From a virus (lineage: Duplodnaviria; Caudoviricetes), in the IMG/VR virus record IMGVR_UViG_3300037309_000023, positions 1 through 35,205 of that record: a stretch of DNA of 35,205 nt; one strand, 5' to 3'. The position numbers and the translations under genes were made by a program. This document shows, piece after piece, positions 1 to 7,898 of the stretch. Positions within the stretch are counted from its first letter, which is position 1; each line of letters opens with the position of its first letter. The notes beneath the pieces were generated by a model that saw only the letters and a list, made by a program, of their open reading frames with translations, was not told the DNA's origin and made no database searches.

Positions 1-85
1 AAATTCGCACGGGAGTTTGAATTGAAGGGCGCGTCCACAGAGTTTGCATTTAGGCGCTTGACCAATTGCAGCAAATCAGATTGGC

Positions 86-103
86 ATTTGCACACTTGCA
101 AAT
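86..103. promoter_or_regulatory. Operator-like palindrome ATTTGCA-cact-TGCAAAT in the rightward promoter
   Basis: Perfect 7-4-7 inverted repeat upstream of the cro-like gene; the same 18-mer occurs inverted at 35137-35154; overlaps a possible TTGGCA-N17-TATGAG promoter (81-109). Confidence 0.75.
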
Positions 104-119
104 TATGAGGCGCTTGGCA

Positions 120-335
120 ATGGACGTGGATGTGAAGGCGATTAACCAGCGCCTCGATGTGCTGAGGCTGTCGCGAAAGGAGCTGGCGCGCCGCGCCGGC
201 CTGCATCAGTCGGCGGTGTCGCTCGTGCTGAACGGCAACACCGATCCGCGCCTGTCAACCCTGCGAAAGATCAACGCAGCGCTCGATGCCGTGGAAGCGG
301 AGACGCGCGAGCAGCTGAATGAAAGGGCGGTGTGA
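120..335 (+). CDS. Cro-like XRE helix-turn-helix regulator
   Basis: LSRKELARRAGLHQSAVSLVLNGNTDPRLSTLRKI is an XRE HTH pattern; first gene of the rightward operon; ATG at 120. Confidence 0.85.
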   Translation: MDVDVKAINQRLDVLRLSRKELARRAGLHQSAVSLVLNGNTDPRLSTLRKINAALDAVEAETREQLNERAV

Positions 336-627
336 TGATGGAAGGCTTCCAAAGCTATTCAAGTCGAGAGGCGCGGCGCCGAGTTTGCGAGGCACGGTTT
401 GCTGATCTGATTAGCTACTATCTTTCCATGTTCGAGCAAGATGAAGACATTGAATGCGTGAACTTCATTTTGAATGTGCGGACGAAAGACCCCGCGAAAT
501 CGTGGGCAGTCAGCGAGGTTTTCTATTATCGCGGCGATAAGGCGGTTGCGAACTGGCTGGGGCCGGATGGCGCGCAAATCGTGGAGGCGGAGACGCGCGA
601 GCAAGTGAATGAAAGGGCGGTGTGATG
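290..627 (+). repeat. 48-bp imperfect direct repeat (290-337 and 580-627)
   Basis: cgtggaagcggagacgcgcgagcagctgaatgaaagggcggtgtgatg vs cgtggaggcggagacgcgcgagcaagtgaatgaaagggcggtgtgatg, 45/48 identical. Confidence 0.95.
332..625 (+). CDS. Hypothetical protein (lower-GC accessory gene)
   Basis: 97-aa ORF overlapping both neighbours by 4 bp; AT-richer than flanks. Confidence 0.7.
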   Translation: MMMEGFQSYSSREARRRVCEARFADLISYYLSMFEQDEDIECVNFILNVRTKDPAKSWAVSEVFYYRGDKAVANWLGPDGAQIVEAETREQVNERAV

Positions 628-1041
628 GCTTCATCGGTCCTGGCCGTTATCGACTTCGATCTGGTCGCATTTCCGGACGATCACCCGACCTTGCCCGGCA
701 GGTTGCGGCTGATTTGGACGCACCCGGATTGGCTATGGGCGTGCGTGGCGCCCGAGCGCGTGAGCGATACGGCAACGCATCGACGCGGGCGGCGATTTAT
801 CATCTTGCATCGGCCGACGCTGGCGATTTTCCGAGCCGCGAAATTCCCGTTGCCGGTCATGACCTTTCGCCAAGCGGCGGCTGTGGCCGCGCGGCTCGAC
901 GCGCGAATGGAGTGGCTGGCTAATATTGGCCCGGCGAACGGCCGAGCCGGGCCTGACGGGCGCCAAAACTACGCCGAATGGACGGCGGAAATCGAAGGCG
1001 TGTTGCGGGCCGCACTCGCGGCGGAGGGCGTGCCGTGCTGA
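622..1041 (+). CDS. Hypothetical protein
   Basis: 139-aa ORF coupled to the upstream stop, protein-like composition. Confidence 0.7.
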   Translation: MMASSVLAVIDFDLVAFPDDHPTLPGRLRLIWTHPDWLWACVAPERVSDTATHRRGRRFIILHRPTLAIFRAAKFPLPVMTFRQAAAVAARLDARMEWLANIGPANGRAGPDGRQNYAEWTAEIEGVLRAALAAEGVPC

Positions 1042-1388
1042 GATCGGTCTTTCATGTCGATGTGCGCGATGGGCGCGGCAAGAAGGCGGGCGTGCGGGTG
1101 GTGGCGCTCGACGCGGCGGCGGGGCTGCGCGTGACGGTGGGCCTTTCCAAGGCGGGCCTGGTGGACGGGGTGTTCACGATCGATCAGCCGCGCGGCTTCA
1201 TGCTCGATCAAGCGGTGGGCCTGGCACAACAGGTTCTCGCCGGTAATCCCGAAGCCGTGACGCGCCCGACGGCGCCGATGGAACTCGCGGCGGCGGTTTT
1301 GGTGCTCTACGGCATGCACGTGGACCTTGACCTGGCCGACGACGTCGCCGGCGCGGTGGCGGCCACAAATACAAATCAAGGCGAGTAG
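1035..1388 (+). CDS. Hypothetical protein
   Basis: GTG at 1035 after GGAGG, overlapping the previous stop; VLRSVFHVDVRDG... Confidence 0.65.
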   Translation: MLRSVFHVDVRDGRGKKAGVRVVALDAAAGLRVTVGLSKAGLVDGVFTIDQPRGFMLDQAVGLAQQVLAGNPEAVTRPTAPMELAAAVLVLYGMHVDLDLADDVAGAVAATNTNQGE

Positions 1389-1420
1389 CGTTTGCGTTTT
1401 GCGTGATGGGTCAACCGTGG

Positions 1421-1459
1421 CGGACAAAACTAGGACATGCGCTGTCCGGTTTTTGTCCG
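1421..1459. promoter_or_regulatory. Nested inverted repeat (operator or hairpin)
   Basis: CGGACAAAA (1421-1429)/TTTTGTCCG (1451-1459) enclosing GGACA/TGTCC, in the intergenic gap before an HTH gene. Confidence 0.55.
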
Positions 1460-1478
1460 GTTATCGAGGGCGCGAACC

Positions 1479-1706
1479 ATGGATAGCGACAACGGAGTTT
1501 TGCGCGCGCGGGTTTCTCGGTTTCTCGCGGTCGAAAAGCGACGCGCGGCGATCGGTGGGCCGGTGATGCAACTGGCTGCGGCGGCGGGCGTGACCGATCG
1601 ATCCTATCGGCGGTGGCAGGATGGGGACAGCGTGCCGTCCTTTCATTCCCTGGCGAAGCTCGAAGCCGGCATCAAGGCGATGGAAGCCGAGGTGATGACG
1701 ACATGA
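1479..1706 (+). CDS. XRE-like HTH DNA-binding protein
   Basis: QLAAAAGVTDRSYRRWQDGDSVPSFHSLAKL HTH pattern; GAGG upstream of ATG 1479. Confidence 0.75.
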   Translation: MDSDNGVLRARVSRFLAVEKRRAAIGGPVMQLAAAAGVTDRSYRRWQDGDSVPSFHSLAKLEAGIKAMEAEVMTT

Positions 1707-1999
1707 GCTATGGCCAAGCCCTGACCGTGGCGGCGCTGTGGCTGGGCGCCGATCTCGATGAGGCGCGGGCCTATCGACCGCGCGGCGGACCGGCTGGGCC
1801 GGTGGCCCGGGCGCATCACGTGGCGATGTATGGGTGCCACGTGGTGCTGGGCCAACCGCTGGAAGCGATCGGCGGGGAGGCGGGCGTGTCGAAACAGGCG
1901 GTCTCCGCCGTGGTGCAGGTGATCGAGGACCTGCGCGAACGCGACCCGCGCATTGCGGGCGTGGTGCGGGCGGTGACGGCGGTGTTGGAGGCGAGATGA
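1703..1999 (+). CDS. DnaA C-terminal (domain IV)-like HTH protein
   Basis: ARAHHVAMYGCHVVLGQPLEAIGGEAGVSKQAVSAVVQVIEDLRE resembles the DnaA domain IV pattern (RQxAMYL...LxxIG...V...IE). Confidence 0.65.
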   Translation: MSYGQALTVAALWLGADLDEARAYRPRGGPAGPVARAHHVAMYGCHVVLGQPLEAIGGEAGVSKQAVSAVVQVIEDLRERDPRIAGVVRAVTAVLEAR

Positions 2000-2211
2000 T
2001 TGAAGATGTTATTCGATGGCTCGACACTTGGTCGCCGGATCGACTGGGGCAAGTGCTCATTTGTGCCACGTCGCTCATGGTGACGTGGACCGCTTTCGCC
2101 GTCGTTACTGGCAGTTGGCTTTTGCTCACCGCTTTGAACGGCGTTGGATTTGTTGTGTTTGTCTTTGCCCTGGCGGTCCTGATCGAAAAAGCGAAGGGGC
2201 GCGGGCGATGA
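1996..2211 (+). CDS. Small membrane protein
   Basis: ATGA overlap, GGAGG RBS, two hydrophobic stretches, lower GC. Confidence 0.65.
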   Translation: MIEDVIRWLDTWSPDRLGQVLICATSLMVTWTAFAVVTGSWLLLTALNGVGFVVFVFALAVLIEKAKGRGR

Positions 2212-2405
2212 AGCCGAAGCGGCGGACCCAGTGGAACGCGGGCAATGGGCGCGCCGGGGGGCGGGCGCTGCGCGAGGCGGTGCGCGCCGCGATGGCGGCC
2301 GACCCGACGGCGACGCAGGTGGGCATCCGCGAGCGGCTGGGCGCCTCGAAGTGCGCGGTGGCGAAGCATGTGGCGGCGATCCGGCGAGAGGCGCGGAAGC
2401 AATGA
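2208..2405 (+). CDS. Small basic HTH-like protein
   Basis: ATQVGIRERLGASKCAVAKHVAAIR; coupled to both neighbours. Confidence 0.6.
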   Translation: MKPKRRTQWNAGNGRAGGRALREAVRAAMAADPTATQVGIRERLGASKCAVAKHVAAIRREARKQ

Positions 2406-2653
2406 ATGGCTTTGCAAAAACATTCAAGGAGCCGTGGTTTGATATCGCTTTGGCTCCACAGGATGGCACCATTGTTCTGGTGCGGACCGGCGCAAGCAAA
2501 AACGTGCATTTGGCGAAGTGGGATAAAATCGAAAACGCGTGGGTGCATACGATCCATCGCGACATAACTCGTCGCCATCGGATCACGCCTCAGCCGATAG
2601 CGTTTTGTTTTATTCCGGACGTCCCGGGTGTTCCGGACGCGTCCAATGCGTGA
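2402..2653 (+). CDS. Phage protein, DUF551-like
   Basis: WFDIALAPQDGTIVLV resembles the common phage WQPIETAPKDGT motif. Confidence 0.6.
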   Translation: MNGFAKTFKEPWFDIALAPQDGTIVLVRTGASKNVHLAKWDKIENAWVHTIHRDITRRHRITPQPIAFCFIPDVPGVPDASNA

Positions 2654-3773
2654 CAAGCCAGACCCGCGCGAGACGCGGGAGCGCTACCAGCGGGCGAAAC
2701 AAGCGGGGCAGGACATGATTTTGTCCCTCCTTGCCGAGCTCGTGCCCGATGGCGTGAAGCGAGGCGACAAGTGGGACGGCGGGCGGGCGCGGTGGCGCGG
2801 CGACCGGCACGGCGGATCGCTGGTGATCAGCCTGCGAGCGGACAAGGTGGGCGCGTGGGTGGACTACGCGACCGGCGACAAGGGCGATCTGATCCATCTC
2901 GTCCAAATCGCGAACCAAATGACGGCTTCGGACGCGGTGCGGTGGCTGGAAGACCGCGCGGGCATCCGGGCGATGAGCGCGGCGGACCGGGCGGACTTTG
3001 ACCGGCGCGCCAAGGCGGCGCGCGATAAGGCGGAGCGCGAGGCGGCGGCGAAATCGATCGCGGCGGCGCGCGACGCGCGCGGGATGTGGACGAAGAACGG
3101 AGCGCCGCTCGACCTGGCGGACCACTACGACCATCCGGTGGCGGCGTATTTTCGCGGGCGGAGCTGTCCGCTGGAAGGCGTGCCGAACCTGGCGGTGGAG
3201 AGTTTTCGCGTCGTCGACCGGATGGATTGGTGGATGTGGAGCCGGTTTCGCGGGCAGTGCGCGCGGGCTTTCCCGGCGCTGATGTCGAAATTCATCGGGC
3301 CGGATGGCGGCGGGCGATCGGTGCACGTGACGTTCGTGGACGCGGCGGGGCGCGGCAAGGCGCGCGTGCCCGAACCGCGCCTGGCGAAGCTGACGGCGCG
3401 CGGGGTGTCGACGGAAGGCTTGATGATCGAGGTGGCGCACGGCCCGGGCGGCGTGGGGATCGGGCAAGGCGGCGTGCCGGGGCCGGTGATCGTGACGGAG
3501 GGGATCGAGGACGCGGCAACGCTGGCGATCGCGGCGCCGGACTGCCGGGTGATCGCGGCGGGAAGCCTGTGGGGCGTGTGCTCGCTGCCGGACCTGGCCG
3601 AGGCGTCGGCCTATGTGCTGGCGCGCGACAACGATTGGCACGCCGGCGAGGCACGCGACCAATTCGACCGCGCGGTGGCGCGGCTGAAAGGAGCGGGCAA
3701 GCCCGTGGAAGTGATCGAAAGCCCGATGGGCAAGGATTTCAACGATCTGGCGAAGGAGATGGACGATGAGTGA
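2646..3773 (+). CDS. Phage DNA primase (Toprim domain)
   Basis: N-terminal WVDYATGDKGDLI motif; Toprim motifs VIVTEGIEDA, LARDND and GKDFNDL. Confidence 0.85.
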   Translation: MRDKPDPRETRERYQRAKQAGQDMILSLLAELVPDGVKRGDKWDGGRARWRGDRHGGSLVISLRADKVGAWVDYATGDKGDLIHLVQIANQMTASDAVRWLEDRAGIRAMSAADRADFDRRAKAARDKAEREAAAKSIAAARDARGMWTKNGAPLDLADHYDHPVAAYFRGRSCPLEGVPNLAVESFRVVDRMDWWMWSRFRGQCARAFPALMSKFIGPDGGGRSVHVTFVDAAGRGKARVPEPRLAKLTARGVSTEGLMIEVAHGPGGVGIGQGGVPGPVIVTEGIEDAATLAIAAPDCRVIAAGSLWGVCSLPDLAEASAYVLARDNDWHAGEARDQFDRAVARLKGAGKPVEVIESPMGKDFNDLAKEMDDE

Positions 3774-4575
3774 AGAAATCAAGGGATGGGAAGCCGACCA
3801 TGTGATGGTAGACGAGCTGACGGGCGAGCTCGCGGCCGGCTTTGTTAATGGATGGGATTACCTAATCGGCTCCGGCGATGAGCTTCAATGCGTGTCGGAC
3901 GCACACAATTGCATTCAAGACTTGCCGTGGATTGGCGTGTTTTTCCCGATCGGATATTCCGACGACTACACGGACGAAACGGGGGTGCCCACGGCGTCGG
4001 ATCGGCACATCGTGCTGATTGGACGGGTCGTGAAGCAGCCGGATATGCCGGTGGAAACCGTTTGGCGTTTGGCGCGCGAGGCGAAGATGCTCGATGAGCA
4101 GGCCGCGCAAAGCTGGGCGGATGTCGACGCGCGAACGCGCTTCCAGCTCGATCTGTGGCGGCGGGTGATCATCGCGATGGTGGCCACGGCGCGCGAGCAT
4201 GTGGCGGCCTATGACGCGGCGCGGGCCGTGAGTGAGCCGCTGCCGCGCAAGCCGGTGCCGGTGGACGACACGATCTTCGAGCGCGAGAGCGAGCGGATAT
4301 TTGATCGGGTGACGTATGGCGGTGGCGATCGGGGCCGAGTGTACATGACGTCGCCGATAGCGGAGGCCGAAATTGGTGTGGCGATCGATGGGGCCGGCGA
4401 GCCGACCGAGCCGACGGATGCGGCGATTGATGTGGCGATCGACGAAGTGGTGAGCGAGCTCGACGCGGCCCCGGACGGGCAGCCACGATCTGATCCCGAT
4501 CACGTGGACGATATCCTCGGCACGCCAGGCGTGGACGAGATGCCGCCGCCGAAGCGGACGAAGCGTAAGCGCTGA
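3766..4575 (+). CDS. Hypothetical protein between primase and helicase
   Basis: 269 aa, AAGGAG RBS, acidic body with basic tail PPPKRTKRKR. Confidence 0.75.
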   Translation: MSEEIKGWEADHVMVDELTGELAAGFVNGWDYLIGSGDELQCVSDAHNCIQDLPWIGVFFPIGYSDDYTDETGVPTASDRHIVLIGRVVKQPDMPVETVWRLAREAKMLDEQAAQSWADVDARTRFQLDLWRRVIIAMVATAREHVAAYDAARAVSEPLPRKPVPVDDTIFERESERIFDRVTYGGGDRGRVYMTSPIAEAEIGVAIDGAGEPTEPTDAAIDVAIDEVVSELDAAPDGQPRSDPDHVDDILGTPGVDEMPPPKRTKRKR

Positions 4576-4640
4576 CCTGACCTGAACCCCTGACACCCTG
4601 AACCCACGCCCGCGCGGACCGCGCGGGCGATGGAAAAGCC

Positions 4641-6551
4641 ATGTCCGACGACACGAACGACGACAAGCCAAAGCTGACGGTGATTGATGGCGGCGCGCCG
4701 AAGGGCGCGGACCCCGCCGGCGCGAAGCCGCGTGGGCACGCCTCGAAGGTGGCGAGCGGCATCGTGGCCGGCGCGCTGCAACGCATCGACCGGCGCGCGG
4801 GAAAGGACATCCCGGACCCGGCGCGCGGGCAAAAGCGCGACGGCGTGCCGCCCGGCAAATGGACGCCGGACGCCGACGGCCTGCCGCCCGACTGCCCGGT
4901 CAAGCCGCTCGGGGTGGATGGCCGCGTGTTCTACATGGTCGACGCCATGGGGCAATTGTTCGCCGTAGGGGGCGACCATGGCGCCTTTGGCCAAGAGGCG
5001 ATCCGCGCGGCGTTCGCGGGGCGGATCGATTATCTTTATTGGGCCTTCCCGCAATGGTCTGCGGCGGGCGACGTTAACGGCATCAAGGCGAACTGGGTGC
5101 AAGACGTGATGTTCGACGCGTGCGCGCGGCGGGGGCTGTGGACGCCGGCCGACCGGGTGCGCGGGCGCGGCGCCTGGGCCGAAGGGCCGGCCGAGGCAAG
5201 CCGGCTGATCTATCACTGCGGCGACCATCTGTGGAGCGACGGCAAGACGGCGGAAACCGGCGCGCGGGCGAGCTATTTCTATCCCCGGGCGGTGCCCCTC
5301 CCCGGCCCGTGGCCGGAGGCGATCGACGACGCGATGAACCCGGTGGGCGAGCTCGTGGACATGTTTCGCCAATGGGATTGGAGCCGGCCGCACATCGACC
5401 CGTTGATCATGACGGGATGGGTGATGGCGGCGGTGGTGGCGGGCGCGCTGCCGTGGCGACCATCGATCTGGGTGGTATCGGACGCGGGCGCGGGCAAGTC
5501 GACGCTGCAAATGATGGTGCGCGAAGTGCTCGATCAGCTCGTGCTCATCGCCGAAAACACGACGGCGGCCGGCATCTATCAGACCCTGAAAAATGACGCG
5601 CGGCCGGTGTCGCTGGATGAGACGGAATATGACCCGGACCAAGGGCGGCGGATCCAGGACCTCGTTAGCCTGGCGCGGATCGCGGCCTCGGGCGGGACGA
5701 TGCGGCGCGGCGGATCGGACCACGCGGCGACGCAGTTTACGGCGCGAAGCGTGTTCTTCTTTAGCTCGATCAACCTGCCGCCGCTGCCGCCGCAAGACTT
5801 GAGCCGCATGGCGGTCTTGCGGTTGAAGCCGCTGGAAGCGGGGCGGGCGCCGGTGAAGGCGCCGCGCATGATGGAGACGATCCTTCCGCGCCTCATGCGG
5901 CGTCTGGCGGATCGGTGGCGGGAGTTTCCGGCGCTGTTCGCCGCCTATCGACAAGCGTTTTATGAGGAGGGGCACTCGCAACGCTCGCAGGATACGAACG
6001 GCGTGTTTCTCGCGCTGGCGCACCTCGCTTTGGGTGACGAGGGGATGGAGCGGGCGGGCTATCGGGTGGACGATTTGCGCGGGTTTGCCTGCGAAATCGG
6101 CCACGAGGCGAAGCCCAAACCCAATTGGCGCGCGGCGATCGACCATCTGCTTTCGCGCCCGATCGAGGCGTTTCGCGGCGGCTCGCGGCAAACCGTGGGT
6201 CAGGTGCTGTTCCGCCTGCACAACGGCGATCGATCGGACGTGGAGCCGCTGAGCGAGCAGCAGGCGGCGGACCTTCTCGCGGCGGCGGGGCTCGGCCTCA
6301 AGCGGGTGGAAGCCGACAACCTGGCGGACGGGTGGTGGCTGGCGGTGCCCAACGGCGGGCTGGTGAGCGAGCTCTTCAAGGGCTCGATCTGGCAGGCGGG
6401 GCCGACGGGCGCGGCGGGCTTTACGGAGGCGATCCGACAAGGGCCGCCGACCGTGGTCTGCTTCGACAAGGAGATCAATAGGGCGCGCGTGGCGGGGCTG
6501 CCGTGCCGGTGCACGCTGGTCAAGTGGCTGGAATTGGACGCGCTGGAATGA
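4641..6551 (+). CDS. Replicative P-loop helicase / origin-binding ATPase
   Basis: Walker A SDAGAGKST, Walker B VSLDETE, FFFSSIN motif; lies between primase and iteron array. Confidence 0.85.
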   Translation: MSDDTNDDKPKLTVIDGGAPKGADPAGAKPRGHASKVASGIVAGALQRIDRRAGKDIPDPARGQKRDGVPPGKWTPDADGLPPDCPVKPLGVDGRVFYMVDAMGQLFAVGGDHGAFGQEAIRAAFAGRIDYLYWAFPQWSAAGDVNGIKANWVQDVMFDACARRGLWTPADRVRGRGAWAEGPAEASRLIYHCGDHLWSDGKTAETGARASYFYPRAVPLPGPWPEAIDDAMNPVGELVDMFRQWDWSRPHIDPLIMTGWVMAAVVAGALPWRPSIWVVSDAGAGKSTLQMMVREVLDQLVLIAENTTAAGIYQTLKNDARPVSLDETEYDPDQGRRIQDLVSLARIAASGGTMRRGGSDHAATQFTARSVFFFSSINLPPLPPQDLSRMAVLRLKPLEAGRAPVKAPRMMETILPRLMRRLADRWREFPALFAAYRQAFYEEGHSQRSQDTNGVFLALAHLALGDEGMERAGYRVDDLRGFACEIGHEAKPKPNWRAAIDHLLSRPIEAFRGGSRQTVGQVLFRLHNGDRSDVEPLSEQQAADLLAAAGLGLKRVEADNLADGWWLAVPNGGLVSELFKGSIWQAGPTGAAGFTEAIRQGPPTVVCFDKEINRARVAGLPCRCTLVKWLELDALE

Positions 6552-6745
6552 GGCCCCGGCTATTCCGTGCCCCGACCCTTTTTCGCGCGTCCCGACCCGC
6601 ACCCATAGGAGGGGAAAGCGGTCCTCGCCCGTGGCGCGGACGCCGCATGCGATGCGGCGCCGTCCGCGCCACGGTCTCGGGAAAGTTGACGGGCGAGGCG
6701 CGTCTGTAGCGTCGCGGGGTCGGCATGGGCCGTGGGGTCCGGGGG

Positions 6746-6986
6746 GTGTCCCGACAGTGTCCCAGTGGTGTCCCAAGCTAAATCATTGATATTCAATGAC
6801 AATATAGGCTTGGGACACCTGGGACACCTGGGACACCCCCCTTACACATACGCGCGCGCGCGCATACGCGAGAGGGTTTGAATGGTGTCCCAAGTGTCCC
6901 AAGTGTCTTATCTATCAAATAATTCAATGGGTTAAGACCGGGACACCACTGGGACACTGGCGGGACACTTGGGCAATTGGTGTCCC
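6746..6986. repeat. Putative replication origin: symmetric GTGTCCC/GGGACAC iteron array
   Basis: GTGTCCC at 6746, 6757, 6768; GGGACAC at 6812, 6821, 6830; (CG)n at 6851-6863; GTGTCCC at 6885, 6894 (partial 6903); GGGACAC at 6940, 6951, 6962; extra copy at 6980; AT-rich spacers. Confidence 0.8.
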
Positions 6987-7053
6987 GGACGCTGGCGGTG
7001 CGCCGGATCGGGCGGAAGGCAATAAAATAGAAGGATTTGAAAGGGTTAGCGGT

Positions 7054-7575
7054 ATGGGCGATCTTTTCGAGGCGGAAGACGCGGGCGAAATCGCCTCTCA
7101 AGGGGGGGTGGAGCGCGCGCCGTTTTTGCCGCTGGCGGCGGTGGCGCCGGGGCGCGGCGGGCGGAAGCCTGGCGCGCTGAACCGGAAGACGCTGATGCTT
7201 GGCAAGTATATGCAGGCAAAGGGGTTTCGCGATCCGGCGGTGACGCTGGCGGAGATCGCGCAGGGCGACCCGTTAGATCTGCTGACGTGGATCAAAAGCG
7301 GCGGATCGGCGAAGGATGTGAGCCTGCTCGACGTGCTGAAGCTGCAAGCCGACTGCATGAAGGCGCTGCTGCCCTACCTTCACGCGAAGATCACGCCTGA
7401 CGCGGTCATCGATGCGTCCAGCCTGCCGGCATTCCACCTGCATTTGGGTGGCGGATCGGCGCCGGGGGGCGGCGGTGGGCTGTCGATCCTTGATATGGTG
7501 GTGCCCAATGAAATCAATGGCTTAGCCGTGCGACGCGGTGAGGTGGACGAGGCAAGCAATGGGGAGGGCGGCTAA
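7054..7575 (+). CDS. terS: Terminase small subunit-like protein
   Basis: GRGGRKPGALNRKT and ALLPYLHAK motifs; position upstream of TerL. Confidence 0.65.
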   Translation: MGDLFEAEDAGEIASQGGVERAPFLPLAAVAPGRGGRKPGALNRKTLMLGKYMQAKGFRDPAVTLAEIAQGDPLDLLTWIKSGGSAKDVSLLDVLKLQADCMKALLPYLHAKITPDAVIDASSLPAFHLHLGGGSAPGGGGGLSILDMVVPNEINGLAVRRGEVDEASNGEGG

Positions 7576-7585
7576 GTGGTTGATA
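7512..7585. promoter_or_regulatory. Two oppositely oriented IHF consensus sites
   Basis: AATCAAtggcTTA (7512-7524, +) and TATCAAccacTTA (7573-7585, -), both exact WATCAANNNNTTR. Confidence 0.65.
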
Positions 7586-7898
7586 AATCGAAGACAATCC
7601 ATGCGGCGCCGCTGATCGAAAATCAGCCGCCAATCCAAGGCCGTCCCGGTGCGCCAGGTGCGAGGCCGTCCCGGCACCTTGGAGCCGGACGGCGCGCCGC
7701 GCGGCCTGCCGGCCATGGCGCGCGGGCGCGCGGGCGCCCGACCACCCCTCCCCGAAGCAGGGGGGGCGCCCCCGACAAGGGGTGTTGCGACGCACACCGT
7801 TCGAAAATCGAAAAACGCGAAAAAATCGCGATCTCGTGGTGGGCGTGGGGCGCGGGGCTGGGGTCTCCCCCTGGGTGGCGGGCAAGGGGTGCGGGGCG

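Noticed and set aside
4572-4606. CCTGA/CCTGAACCC micro-repeats after the 3766-4575 stop
   Set aside because: Short and irregular; no function can be supported
6548-6709. 53-aa ORF coupled to the helicase stop
   Set aside because: Arg/Pro-rich with no motif or clear RBS; may just be the origin flank
4500-6776. 758-aa minus-strand ORF, and similar long antisense ORFs such as 20006-22249
   Set aside because: Arg/His/Pro-rich shadow frames of GC-rich genes with clear motifs on the opposite strand
6746-6986. CRISPR-like array
   Set aside because: Repeats are 7 bp, in both orientations, with 2-4 bp gaps, and there are no cas genes
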